A stretch of 64,000 bases of DNA, taken from contig CAWIIB010000009.1 of NCBI GenBank assembly GCA_963836075.1, positions 1,568,001 through 1,632,000 of the forward strand, read 5' to 3'. Each line of letters begins with the position of its first letter. Position 1 is the first letter of the stretch. This DNA comes from an uncultured Acidobacteriota bacterium. GTDB lineage: Bacteria; Acidobacteriota; JAQAZP01. This document shows, one piece after another, positions 1-10,395 of this stretch. Position numbers and translations under genes: made by a program. The notes beneath the pieces are model-generated. The model made no database searches and was not told the origin of the DNA. It was given only the letters and a program-made list of their open reading frames with translations.

Positions 1-1880
1 TAGTGCACGGCACTCTGAAAGGTGCCGTCACCATTGCCCAGTGCAACCGAGATGTCGTGACCACCATTGTTCGCCGTCGCCAGGTCCGGATCGCCGTCAC
101 CATTGAGGTCACCGATTGCTATTTCCACGGGAACGATCCCGACTTCCACGGTCCCGGCCAACCGAAAGGACCCGTCACCCCGGCCCAGGCCCACCACGAT
201 GTAACCGCCTGCTTTAGACACGACCAGGTCGAGGTTCCCATCATTGTCCAGGTCGCCGGCGGCCATGCACAGGGGTTCGGTGAACGGGCCAAAATGTACA
301 GCGGACTGAAACGTCCCGTCGCCGTTGCCCTTGACGATTGAGATGTCGTCGCTGTCCCGGTTTGCGGTTGCCAGGTCCAGGTGACTGTCATTGTCGAAAT
401 CACCGATGACAAGGACCCTCGGGCCCTCACCGGCGCCAACAGGCAAAATGGATGCAAACGAACCGTTTCCGACGCCCAGAAAAATAGAGATGTCGTCACT
501 GTCCTTGTTTGCCACCGCCAGGTCCGGCTCATCGTCCTCATCGAGGTCGCCGCAGGCGACATAACGGGGGCCTTCTCCGGCGGCGTAGTCAGCGGATGAT
601 GCCAGGGTGCCGTCCCCGTTGCCCGGGTAAACCGAAATTGTATCTTCGTAGAGGTTTGTCACCACCAGGTCGAGTTTGTTGTCCTGGTTAAAATCACGTA
701 GCACCGCCGAATAGCTGTAGCCGATCGCCGTATATCGTGACTCTTGGGGGAAAGTGCCGTCACCCCTGCCGATCAGCACCGTGATGAAATCGTTGGAGGA
801 AAAGAAGGGATTGGTGTAATCGGTCACCACCAGGTCAGGGATACCGTCGTTATCCAGGTCCCCGGAGGTAACCGATGTCGGCTGCCAGGTGGTGTGGTAA
901 TGGACTGCTGCCTGAAAGTTCCCGGTGCCGCTGCCCATGATCACCGAAAGGGTGTCGCTGTCATGATTTGTCACCGCCAGGTCGGGGTTGCCGTCGCCGT
1001 CCAGGTCATCGATGGCAACCGATCCGGGATTTGCCTCCACCGCCTGTTGGTCGGTGATTTCAAAGGTCCCGTCTCCATTGCCCAGGGCCACCGCCACGTG
1101 GCTGATGAGCACCACGGCCAGGTCGCAACTACCGTTTCCGTTCAGGTCGTCAAGGGCCAGTGAACGCGGCTCCACGCCGATGTAGTGATGGACGGCGTTT
1201 TGGAATGTACCATCCCCGTTGCCGATCAGGATCGAGATGTTGTTGCTGTCGAAGTTCGTCACCGCCAGGTCCGGAATGTCGTCACCGTCCAGATCACCGA
1301 CAGCTATTGAAGAAGGGCTGGCGTCGGCGCCATATCGTACGGTTGCCTGGAAAGTGCCGTCCCCGATGCCCAGCAGAATCGAAACGTCGTTACTGCCGGC
1401 ATTGCCGACCACCAGGTCAGGGTTGCCATCTCCGTCCAGGTCACTGATGGCCAGCGAACTGGGATTCAGAGCGGACCCGTAGAGAACGCGGTCCTGGAAA
1501 GTTCCGTCGCCATGACCCAGAAAAACAGATACGCTGTGCCCCCACTCGTTCACTGCCGCCAGGTCCAGGTCGCCGTCAGCATCCAGGTCCCCGGTGACGA
1601 TGTCAGAGGTTCCGCCATCTGACTGATAGTTTACGGCGAGACTAAACGTTCCGTCGCCGTTGCCCATCAGAACGGAGATGTTGCCGGACTCATGGTTGGC
1701 CGAGGCCAGATCAGGATTGCCGTCGCCATCCAGATCGCCGATTGCGGTTGCACGGGGGGAAGTGCCGACCTCGAAGTTCATCCTTGTGTCGAAAAGCTGC
1801 GCCTCTGTTGTCGATGAAACAGCAAACAGCAGCAATAGAGCCAGGCCGAAATTCCTCGAGGTGCATGAATTCATGATCAT
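1..1880 (-). CDS. Secreted FG-GAP/VCBS-repeat (beta-propeller) protein, 3' end outside the window
   Basis: Manual translation from ATG 1880 (absent from the ORF track because there is no stop in the window): signal peptide MIMNSCTSRNFGLALLLLFAVSSTTEA, then 12 visible DxDxDG-type repeats of the form GDLDGDGNPDLAxxN...SxLLGNGDGTF. The frame stays open to base 1. Confidence 0.9.
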   Translation of the reverse strand, partial: MIMNSCTSRNFGLALLLLFAVSSTTEAQLFDTRMNFEVGTSPRATAIGDLDGDGNPDLASANHESGNISVLMGNGDGTFSLAVNYQSDGGTSDIVTGDLDADGDLDLAAVNEWGHSVSVFLGHGDGTFQDRVLYGSALNPSSLAISDLDGDGNPDLVVGNAGSNDVSILLGIGDGTFQATVRYGADASPSSIAVGDLDGDDIPDLAVTNFDSNNISILIGNGDGTFQNAVHHYIGVEPRSLALDDLNGNGSCDLAVVLISHVAVALGNGDGTFEITDQQAVEANPGSVAIDDLDGDGNPDLAVTNHDSDTLSVIMGSGTGNFQAAVHYHTTWQPTSVTSGDLDNDGIPDLVVTDYTNPFFSSNDFITVLIGRGDGTFPQESRYTAIGYSYSAVLRDFNQDNKLDLVVTNLYEDTISVYPGNGDGTLASSADYAAGEGPRYVACGDLDEDDEPDLAVANKDSDDISIFLGVGNGSFASILPVGAGEGPRVLVIGDFDNDSHLDLATANRDSDDISIVKGNGDGTFQSAVHFGPFTEPLCMAAGDLDNDGNLDLVVSKAGGYIVVGLGRGDGSFRLAGTVEVGIVPVEIAIGDLNGDGDPDLATANNGGHDISVALGNGDGTFQSAVH

Positions 1881-1997
1881 TCCTATTTCAGGATTGTGCC
1901 CGAATCTGGATCCAAATGGTTGGCGATAAAGATACGGAATCAGGGAATACTGTGAAGCGGCAGATCCCTCACCCGGAATATTCTTTACATTGACGTA

Positions 1998-2026
1998 ACA
2001 ATAGGTCCCAGGCCTTGGGAAGTCAA
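1998..2026 (-). promoter_or_regulatory. Putative sigma70 promoter for the FG-GAP gene
   Basis: TTGACT-N17-TATTGT on the minus strand, about 120 nt upstream of the start. Confidence 0.5.
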
Positions 2027-2047
2027 GAATGGCGGGGTATTTCGGGC

Positions 2048-2076
2048 AAAAAACGGCCCGGCTTTGGGGGCCGGGC
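2048..2076 (-). terminator. Intrinsic terminator of the efflux operon
   Basis: Minus strand GCCCGGC-CCCCAAA-GCCGGGC followed by CGTTTTTT, 34 nt after the RND stop. Confidence 0.8.
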
Positions 2077-2109
2077 TGCTGGGTTACGTTACAATTTTCT
2101 GTGCTTTGT

Positions 2110-5100
2110 TCAGGCCGCCTTTGTGCCGTTCTCCGCAGTGAAGATCTTGCCGCTGAGCCAGCGGAAGGGGGCGCTGGTGAAGAAGCCGTCCAGCAGTGAG
2201 TAGACCACCGGGATCACCACCAGGGTGAGGACCGTGGAGGTGACCATGCCGCCGATGACGCAGATGGCCATCGGCGCCCGGGTCTCGGCGCCGGAGCCGC
2301 CGAAGAAGGCCACCGGGATTGCGGCGGCCACGGTGGAAACGGCGGTCATCATGATCGGCCGGAAGCGGATGGGGCCGGCCTTCATCAGCGCGGCCTGGCG
2401 GTCCAGCCCTTCCCGGCGGCACTGGTTGGTGAAGTCCACCAGCAGAATGGCATTCTTGGTCACCAGCCCCATCAGCATGATGATGCCGATCATGGAGAAG
2501 ATGTTCATGGTCAGGCCGGAGAGGTAGAGCGCTCCCAGGGCGCCGACGATGGACAGGGGCAGAGAGAGCATGATGGTCAGCGGGTGGATGTAGCTCTCGT
2601 ACTGGCTGGCCAGGGTCATGTAGATCAGCAGCACGGCCAGCAGCAGGGCGAAGTTCATGCTGGCAAAGCTCTCCACCATGATCTCGGCCATGCCCACCAC
2701 CTTGGTGGTGTAACCTTCGGGCATCCCGATCTCCGAGTTCCAGCTTTCCACCAGCTTCAGCGCCTCGCCCAGCGGCAGCTCCTCGGTGAGGTTGGCCAGC
2801 ACCATCACCTGGCGCCGGCGGCTCAGGCGGTTGATCTCCACCGGGCCGGTCTCGCGGGTGGTGGTCACCACATTGTTCAGCTCCACCAGCCTGCCGTCGG
2901 CGGCGCGCACCTCCAGGCGGCCGATGTCGCCGGCGGCCAGCCGGTCGGCCTGCTGCAGGCGGATGCGCACCGCGTAGTCATTGCCCGACTCCTTGAAGCT
3001 GCCGGCCTCGCGGCCGCCGATCAGCGAGCCGATGGTGGAGGCGATGCTGATGGTGCTCACTCCCAGGTCGGCGGCCTTGTCCCGGTCGATGGTCACCGAG
3101 ACCTGAGGCTTGCCGGTCTCGAAGGTGGTGTCGATGTCGACGAAGTTGCCGTTGGCCCGCATGCGGGTGAGATACTCGTTGGCCAGTTCCTCCAGCTTCT
3201 CCAGCGAGGGGCCCTGGATCGAGGTACTGGAAGATCTGCGGCGCCCAGCCGCCGCTGCTCAGCCGCTGGGCCTCCACCACGTTGGTCTTCAGCCGCCCGG
3301 AGAATTTGCGCAGCCGGGTGCGCAGCTCGTTCATCGCCGTCAGCTGGTTGAACGACCGTTCCTCGGCGGGGATCAGCTTGACCAGCAGTTCGGCGCCGTT
3401 CTGCTTCTGCCGCTCGCCCTTGCCGATGGTGGTGTAGATGTCGGTGACCCAGCCGGTGGCGCGGATCTCCTCCTCCACCATCTCGGTCTGACGCAGGGTC
3501 TCGCGCAGCGATGCACCCTCCTGCAGCTCCACAAAGACGGTGAACTCGCCCTCGTCCTCCTGGGGCACGAACTCCGAGGGGATCCGGGAGGCGAGGAACA
3601 ACGATCCGAAGAAGATGATCGTGGCCACCGCCATGGTCAGCAGCCGCTGGCGGAGGCAGAATCCGAGAATGGACCGGTAGAGCTCGGTACCCCAGATGAT
3701 CAGCTTCTCCACGGCGTGGAACAGGGCGCCCAGACGCATCGCCCGCCAGTCCAGTATTCTGAGGAAGCGGGAACAGAGCATGGGGGTGAGGGTAAAACTG
3801 ATGAGCAGGGAGACCATCACGGCGAAGGCCACGGTGAGCCCGAACTCGTAGAAGAACTGCCCCACCATGCCGGTCATGAAGGCCACCGGGACGAAAACGG
3901 CGACGATGGAAATGGTGGTGGCGAAGACGGCCAGACCGATTTCGGCGGTGCCCTCGCGGGCCGCCTGCATGCGGGTCTTGCCCATCTCCATGTGCCGGTA
4001 GATGTTCTCCATCACCACTATGGCATCATCCACCAGCATCCCCACCGAGATGGTCAGCCCGAGCATGGTCAGGTTGTTGATGGTGAAGCCGAGGTAGTTC
4101 ATGAAGGAGAAGGTGGCGATCACCGAAACGGGGATGGCCAGGGTGGCGATGATCGTTGCCCGCAGGTTGCGCAGGAAGAAGAAAATCACCAGTGCGGCGA
4201 AGAAGGAGCCTTCGATGAGGTTTTTCTTCACCTCGGCGATGGACTTGGTGACGAAGAAGGAGTTGTCCATCACCACGGCCATCTCCAGGCCCTCGGGCAG
4301 CGACTCCTGCAGTTCGGCCACAGCCTCCTTGATCGCCTCGGCCACCCGCACGGTGTTGGTCCCCGACTGCTTCATACACTCCAGGGCCACCGCCCGCCGG
4401 TCGTTCCACTTGGCCAGCGAGCGCTCGTCCTCCTGGCCGTCCTCGGCATAGCCGATGTCGCGCAGACGCACCGGGGCCCCCTCGCGATAGGCCAGCACCA
4501 GGTTCTCGAAGGCCTCGACGCTCTCCAGCTGGCCCAGGGTCTTGACCACCAGCTCGCTGGCCCCCTGCTCGATGCGGCCGCCGGGGATCTCCACGTTCTC
4601 GGTGAGCAGCACCTGCTCCACCTCGGATACGGTGATGCCGTAGGCCTTGAGCAGGTCGGCGTCGAGCCAGATCCGCACCTCGCGCTCGCGGTTGCCGATG
4701 AGGTTCACCCGGCCCACGCCGCGGATGGTCTGCAGGCGGGTCTTGATGTTGTCCTTGGCGAACTCGGTGACCTCGCGGATCGACCCCTCACCGAAGAGGG
4801 CCACCGAGACCACCGGCATGGTGTCAAAGGCGAACTTTTCCACCAGCGGCGGCTCGGTGTCGCTGGGCAGGTCGCCGCGGATCGAGGCCACCCGGTCGCG
4901 CACCTCCTGGGCGCCCACGTCCACGTCCTTGTCCAGGACGAACTCGATCATCACCTGGCTGAAACCCTCGAAACTGGAGGAGCTGAGGGTCTTGATCCCC
5001 TCCAGGGTGCTCACCGCCTCCTCGATCTTGTCGGTGACCTCCAGCTCCACGGTCTCCGGGTCGGCGCCGGGGAGCACGGTGAGGATGGTGACGTAGGGGA

Positions 5101-5224
5101 AGTCCACCTCGGGGAAGAAGTCCATCCCGATCTGGTTATAGTTGATCAGGCCGAAGACCAGCAGCACGCTGATCACCATGGTGGCGAAGATCGGCCGCTT
5201 TACGGATATGTCTGCCAGGATCAT
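2110..5224 (-). CDS. RND efflux permease (AcrB/MdtC-like), one frameshift near 3223
   Basis: N-terminus [49 protein letters not shown]. Removing one C from TACCTCG joins ORFs 2978..5224 and 2110..3162 ([16 protein letters not shown]). Confidence 0.92.
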
Positions 5225-5234
5225 TGTCTGTCCC

Positions 5235-6341
5235 TCAGTGGTAGAGCACGGTGTCGCCGACCTTCAGATCGCCGGTGACCAGGTAGTGGCCGCCCTCGGT
5301 CCCGGCCACGGTGACCACGGCCGGCCTGGTGCCGTCGCCGTCGGCCAGGTCGACGTAGCTCTCCCCGACCTCGTTGCGCTTCAACGCGTCCCGTGGAATC
5401 TGCAGCACCTGCTCTCCCCGGGGGAGCCGCAGGCTCACCGAGGCGAAGAAGCCGCTCCTCAGCTTGCCGTCCCGGTTGTCGAACTTCGCTTCCACCGGGA
5501 TAGTGCGGGTTCGAATGGAGGCCGATGGGCTCACTGCGTGGATCGTGCCGCTGAACAGACGATCGCCAAAGGCAGCCACTTTTGCCTGTACCGGCTCACC
5601 GGTGGTGATGCGCGCCCCCAGTTTCTCCGGCACCTCGAAGACCAGCTTCATCGGCCGGTCCACCACCAGGCGGAACATCTCATAGCCCGAAGCCATGCTG
5701 AGGAACTCGCCCTCGGCCACCAGTTTCTGGCCCACATACCCGGACGCCGGGGCGGTGATCCGGGCCTTGGTCAACCGGTGGCGGGCCTGGGCCAGCACCG
5801 CTTCGGCCATCCTCAGGTTCGCCTCGGCCTGGGCCAGGCGCGTGGCGAAGCTGTCGAAGCTCGACTTGGGGATGGTGTTGTCCTTGTAGAGCAGCTCCTT
5901 CCGGTCGTAATCGTTTTTCGCATTGTCCCGGTCGGCCCGGGCCATGTCGAGGCCCGCCTCGGCCCGCTCCACGCCCAGTTTGAAATCGGTCTCCTCCAAC
6001 AGCGCCAGCAGGTCGCCTTTTTTTACCCGCTGTCCGATCTCCACCGGAATGCGGTCGATCTTGCCGTCCACTTCACAACTGACCGTGATCTCCTGCCAGC
6101 CCTGGAAGCTGCCCACCGCTTCGAAGACAATTTCCTCCGAAGCGGCGGTGACCGTGGCCGAAAGCCGCTGCTGGGAGACCGGCACCCCTTGCTGATCCCC
6201 GGCTGATGTCGCTTCAGCGGTACCGTTGTCGTTCAACCCGACCTTGTCGTTGCCGTTGCTGCAGGCGGGGAAGAGGGCCAGCAGTGGGACGAGGGTAACT
6301 AGCAGCAGTGCGGCGGCGATGCGCTCACTGTTCCAGGACAT
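5235..6341 (-). CDS. RND periplasmic adaptor (membrane fusion protein)
   Basis: Lipobox-like FPAC, biotinyl-lipoyl half motifs (GQRVKKGDLLALL, ITAPASGYV) and a coiled hairpin. Lies between TolC and the RND permease. Confidence 0.92.
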   Translation of the reverse strand: MSWNSERIAAALLLVTLVPLLALFPACSNGNDKVGLNDNGTAEATSAGDQQGVPVSQQRLSATVTAASEEIVFEAVGSFQGWQEITVSCEVDGKIDRIPVEIGQRVKKGDLLALLEETDFKLGVERAEAGLDMARADRDNAKNDYDRKELLYKDNTIPKSSFDSFATRLAQAEANLRMAEAVLAQARHRLTKARITAPASGYVGQKLVAEGEFLSMASGYEMFRLVVDRPMKLVFEVPEKLGARITTGEPVQAKVAAFGDRLFSGTIHAVSPSASIRTRTIPVEAKFDNRDGKLRSGFFASVSLRLPRGEQVLQIPRDALKRNEVGESYVDLADGDGTRPAVVTVAGTEGGHYLVTGDLKVGDTVLYH

Positions 6342-7722
6342 GATCCGGTTCTCCTTCAGCTGTGGCGGTGATCCCGCGACCCAGGGTACCCAGGCTGAGC
6401 TCCAGGGCGCAGGCCGCCAGCACCATATCGTTCTCCACGTCGTTCAGCATCCGTTCCGATTCGATCAGCGCTCTCCGGGATTCCAGCAGGTCGAGGTCGG
6501 TGGCCTCGCCCACGGCGTAGATCTTGTCGATGTCTTCGTAGGTCTGGTTGGCCAGTGACGCCTGCTCCTGGATCACCCGGTAGACCTTCTGCAGGTCGAG
6601 GGTGGTCAGCCGGGTCTGGATCACCTCGCTGCGCACCAGTTTCACCAGTTCGTCACGTTTCAACTCGGCCTGGATCTGGGTCTGCTCGGCCTCCCGCTTG
6701 TGCGAGAGGGCCAGGCCGCCGTCAAAGATCGGCAGCGAGAGGCTGAGCACGCCGCTCCACCACTGGTCGGTGGGGAAGGCGGCCTTCTGGTGGATGTAGT
6801 TCACGTCGGCGAAGAGGGTGGGCAGCCACTCGCCGCGGGCGATCTCCACCATCAGCTCGGCGTTCCTGATCTCCAGGTCCACGGCGCGGATCTCGGGCCG
6901 CGCGGCCAGCGCCTGGGTGATCATCTCCTCCTGGTCACCCAGGTCGGGGGAGGGGGCCGGCGGCTGGAGCAGGGTGAAGTCGCCGCTGATTCCGGTGAGC
7001 ACGGTGAAGTTCTCCCGGCTGCGCACCAGCCGGTTCTCCGCCTCGATGAGCCGGCGTTCGCCGCTGACCACCGCCAGCTCGGCCCGCAGCACGCTGGCCC
7101 GCACCGCCTCGCCGGCGTCGAACAGCGACTGGGCCACCTGGCGCTGGCGGGCGGCCAGCTCCATGTCGGTGTGGGCCAGCCGGATGTCGCTCTCCGCCTT
7201 GAGGATTTCGGTGTAGGCGGCAGCCACGGCCAGCAGCACCTGCTGCCGCACCTGCTCCAGGCCCTGCTGCGAGAGGTCGCGCAGGTTGTCGGTGTATTTC
7301 AGTGCCCGGCGGGGCCGGCCGCCGGCGTAGAGCACCTGGCGCAGGTTGAACATGTAGGACCAGTCGTTCTCGGGGATGATCTCGAAGGAGGTGGGGTTGC
7401 CCTCTTCGTCCTCGCCGAAGTCCAGTTCCTGGGCCTTGTCGTAGCGGGTCATGCTGCCGTTGAAGGTCAGGCTGGGGATCACCTGGGACCAGGCGCCCTT
7501 GTGTACGGCCTCGGCCTTGGCCACCTCGGCCCAGGCCCGGCCGATGGCCTCGTTGTCCGCCAGCACCTTGCCGAAGACCTGCTCCAGGGTGTAGGTGCCG
7601 CCGGCTGCGGTTTCCGCTTCCTGCTCCGCTGCACCGGCGGTGTCGTCGGCAGGCGCCGGCGGCGCGGCACTCAGTGGCAGGAGCAGGATCATCAATGCAA
7701 GTGCCCACCATGCCCGGTTCAT
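6325..7722 (-). CDS. TolC-family outer membrane efflux protein
   Basis: Signal peptide, two OEP-type repeats (LSLPIFDGG), operon context. Confidence 0.9.
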   Translation of the reverse strand: MNRAWWALALMILLLPLSAAPPAPADDTAGAAEQEAETAAGGTYTLEQVFGKVLADNEAIGRAWAEVAKAEAVHKGAWSQVIPSLTFNGSMTRYDKAQELDFGEDEEGNPTSFEIIPENDWSYMFNLRQVLYAGGRPRRALKYTDNLRDLSQQGLEQVRQQVLLAVAAAYTEILKAESDIRLAHTDMELAARQRQVAQSLFDAGEAVRASVLRAELAVVSGERRLIEAENRLVRSRENFTVLTGISGDFTLLQPPAPSPDLGDQEEMITQALAARPEIRAVDLEIRNAELMVEIARGEWLPTLFADVNYIHQKAAFPTDQWWSGVLSLSLPIFDGGLALSHKREAEQTQIQAELKRDELVKLVRSEVIQTRLTTLDLQKVYRVIQEQASLANQTYEDIDKIYAVGEATDLDLLESRRALIESERMLNDVENDMVLAACALELSLGTLGRGITATAEGEPDHVLEQ

Positions 7723-8351
7723 TCCGTATCTCCCTTTTTGTTGGCGATTCCGTGAAGGACCACGTCGAGAACGAACTCCACTTCCTCGTCGATCTTCAGT
7801 TCCTGTTCCGCGATGGCGTAATCGGCCAGCACCGAGTCCACAGTGCCGGCAAAGACCCGGGCCAGTTTTCGCGGTTCCAGACGTCTGATCTCTCCGGCGG
7901 CCATCGCTCTGGTGAAGTGGGTGGTCATCAGGTCGAGGAACTGGTCGTATTCCTCCCGCATCCGGCTCTGGAAATCTTTCCGCGCCGCATGCTCGCTTCC
8001 GCCCATCTGGGCCCGGTAGTAGAGGAAGATGTTGCGATTGGTCCTGATGAACTCGAACTGGTCGCCGATCATCTGTCGCATCCGTTCCAGCAGCGGCGCA
8101 TCCGTCCCCATCGCCGCCCTGGTTCTCTCCAGCAGCCGGCCGATGTCTTCCTTCAGAACCGTGAAGACCAGTTCGTCCTTGCTGGGGAAGTAGAGGTAGA
8201 GGGTCCCCTTGGCCACTCCCGCTGCCTCGGCCACCCGGTCGAGGGTGAACTCCGGGCCGAGCTCGGCGAAGATCTTCCGCGTGGCGGCGATGATCGCCTC
8301 GGTGCGGTAGCGGGCCACCACCTCCTGTTTCGATTCCCGTTTTTCGGCCAT
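7719..8351 (-). CDS. TetR/AcrR-family transcriptional regulator
   Basis: HTH motif FTLDRVAEAAGVAKGTLYLYFPSKDEL. ATG 8351 is preferred over 8402 because the operators lie between them. Confidence 0.92.
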   Translation of the reverse strand: MAEKRESKQEVVARYRTEAIIAATRKIFAELGPEFTLDRVAEAAGVAKGTLYLYFPSKDELVFTVLKEDIGRLLERTRAAMGTDAPLLERMRQMIGDQFEFIRTNRNIFLYYRAQMGGSEHAARKDFQSRMREEYDQFLDLMTTHFTRAMAAGEIRRLEPRKLARVFAGTVDSVLADYAIAEQELKIDEEVEFVLDVVLHGIANKKGDTE

Positions 8352-8374
8352 GTTCCGTGCCCTTTTCTGCCTGA

Positions 8375-8428
8375 TGACCGCATGGTCAATATAATGACTC
8401 ACCGGTCAGTCAACTGACCGATGGGTCA
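8375..8428. promoter_or_regulatory. Three 14-bp TGACY-N4-GGTCA palindromes at 20-bp period (probable TetR operators)
   Basis: TGACCgcatGGTCA 8375-8388, TGACTcaccGGTCA 8395-8408, TGACCgatgGGTCA 8415-8428. Confidence 0.8.
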
Positions 8429-8430
8429 GG

Positions 8431-8459
8431 ACTCTACCAATTACGTCTGTTGGAGTCAA
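8431..8459 (-). promoter_or_regulatory. sigma70 promoter of the tetR-efflux operon
   Basis: TTGACT-N17-TAGAGT with a TG extended -10, abutting the operator array. Confidence 0.65.
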
Positions 8460-8619
8460 GAGTTTCAGAGAATTTTCATGTATCGGTATCATCGCGAGCA
8501 ACTGACCCGTGGATCTCCTTGAAGCAGCGCTGTCCCTCGGGGGATTACAACCTTGCGGGCTTCGCCCACTCCTCGCCAAGACAAGAGGGGCCTGTTCCTT
8601 GAGCGGATTGTCACACTCC

Positions 8620-8648
8620 TTGCGCGGAGCGGTGGGCGACACTAGAAT
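8620..8648 (+). promoter_or_regulatory. Putative sigma70 promoter of glycan locus 1
   Basis: TTGCGC-N17-TAGAAT, about 45 nt upstream of the GTG at 8692. Confidence 0.55.
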
Positions 8649-8691
8649 CAGCTGTGGTGAATAACGCTTCAGCCGCGGAAAGACGCATAGA

Positions 8692-9640
8692 GTGATCCCC
8701 TTTCTCACAGCCCTTGTTCTCTGCTGCGCCGGCTGGCTCATCTACCGGCTCTGGCACTACTTCCGCACGCCCTGGGTCCCGGTCCTCTGCTACCACCATG
8801 TGGCCGAGCCGCAGGGCGACGATCCCGGCGGGCTCTTTGTCAGCCCGCGGCGATTCAACGATCAGCTGGGCTTCCTGCGCAAGACCGGCTGCAGCCCGGT
8901 GACCCTCGACCAGCTGTATGACCACGTGACCGGCGGGACTGAGCTGCCCGACAACCCGGTGGCGGTGACCTTTGACGACGGTTACCTCGACAACTGGAGC
9001 TACGCCTTTCCAATGCTGGTCCACTTCGAGGTACCGGCCACCATATTCATCATCACGTCGAAGGTGGGGGCGGGCGAGCCGCGGCCGAACCTCGACGCTG
9101 TGCGGGAGGAGAAGTTGACCAGGGAGGAGCTGGACCTGCACCACCGGGAGAGCGGTGGGAGCGGCGTCGCATATCTCAACTGGAACGAGCTGTCGAGGAT
9201 GCGGGCCACCGGCCTGGTCTCCCTGGCCGGCCACTCGCACACCCATCTCGACCTGAAGAGATCTGACCGGCAGACGGTACTGGAGGAACTGAGGCTCTCC
9301 CGGGCGATGCTCCAGGAAAAAGCGGGGGGCGAATGCCTCGACCTGGCCTGGCCCTTCGGCTTCCACAGCCCGGGCGCCCAGCGGGCGGTGCGGGTGGCCG
9401 GCTACCGGTCGGCCTACCGGGTGTCCACCCGCTTCTTCGGCGGGCGGGGCAACTGTCGCGGCGCCAACCCGCTGACCCTGCGGCGGCTGGCCGTGACATC
9501 GGATCTCGACCTGGAAAAGGCCCTGGAATTTTATCACCAGCCGTCATTTCCCGGCCGGCTCCGGGCAGTGCTCAACTTCATCCACTACCACCTGGGGCGT
9601 CATCTCCCACCGTTCGGTCAGAATGGGGGGATGCACATGA
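8692..9640 (+). CDS. Polysaccharide deacetylase (CE4, IcaB/PgaB-like), N-terminally anchored
   Basis: VPVLCYHHV, TFDDGY, HSHTH, AWPFG motifs. It is read in frame with the next gene (ORF 8692..10395), but one fewer G in the run at 9625-9630 gives a stop overlapping ATG 9637 (ATGA). Confidence 0.85.
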
Positions 9641-10395
9641 GCCGACCAACCGTTGACAGCGGAGTTCGCTGGAAGCTCCTCCTGCCCTTCCTGCTCTTCA
9701 TGGCCTTCAGCTACAGCTGCATGCTGATCCCCGCGGAGTCGGTGCGCAAGATCCTGCTCTGGGAAGACGGTGTGGTGGAGACGGCGGGGGCCCTCTTTCT
9801 CCTGCTGGCCGCGGTCTTCTTCCTGATCCTCTTTTTCCGCTCGGAAGGGGAGCAGGGCTGGCTCTGTTTCGGTACGCGGAAGAACTGGTTCTACCTCTTG
9901 CTCGCCTTCTTCTTTTTCTTTGGCGCGGGTGAAGAGATCAGCTGGGGCCAGCACTACCTGCACTACGAGACCCCGGAGTTCTGGAAGTCGCGCAACGTGC
10001 AGGAAGAGCTCACCGTGCACAACCTGATCTACCTCAACCAGCGGGAGTTTTCCGGCGAGATCAAGCCGGTCTGGCAGCGGCTGTTCAGCGTGGAGAACAT
10101 CTTCACCTACGGCACGCTGTTCTACGTCTTCCTCCTGCCGGTGGCCGCCTCCGCGGACCAGCGGGTCCGGCGGCTGGTGCGGCGGGCGGGTCTGCCCCTG
10201 GCCCCGCTGACCCTCTCCTGGGCCCTGCTGGGCTACTTCATCTGGGTCAAACTGCTCAAGTTCTTCGTCCTCCCCGACTACCTGATGCAGAACAACACCG
10301 AGATCATGGAATCCATGTGGGGGCTGCTCTACCTGCTGATCGCCCTCAGCTGGTACGGCGCACTGCGGCGCCGGACGGCCGGAGGAGGGGACTGA
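9637..10395 (+). CDS. Multi-pass membrane protein of unknown function
   Basis: About six hydrophobic helices with EDGVVE, GEEISWGQ and NVQEELTVHN motifs. Confidence 0.7.
   Translation: MSRPTVDSGVRWKLLLPFLLFMAFSYSCMLIPAESVRKILLWEDGVVETAGALFLLLAAVFFLILFFRSEGEQGWLCFGTRKNWFYLLLAFFFFFGAGEEISWGQHYLHYETPEFWKSRNVQEELTVHNLIYLNQREFSGEIKPVWQRLFSVENIFTYGTLFYVFLLPVAASADQRVRRLVRRAGLPLAPLTLSWALLGYFIWVKLLKFFVLPDYLMQNNTEIMESMWGLLYLLIALSWYGALRRRTAGGGD

Noticed and set aside
3-1929. Plus-strand short ORFs in the first 2 kb
   Set aside because: They are shadows of the minus-strand FG-GAP gene.
2110-5224. Split RND transporter or programmed frameshift
   Set aside because: No slippery heptamer is seen and a single extra C explains it, as in many other genes here.
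8530-8605. SAM-I riboswitch or 6S RNA on the minus strand
   Set aside because: Only loose similarity to fragments. Core conserved elements and the expected gene context are missing. Kept only as a low-score structured-RNA candidate.
8692-10395. Novel deacetylase-membrane protein fusion (567 aa)
   Set aside because: Deleting one G from the G6 run at 9625-9630 gives a stop overlapping the next ATG (ATGA), matching the window's indel pattern. Probably two genes.
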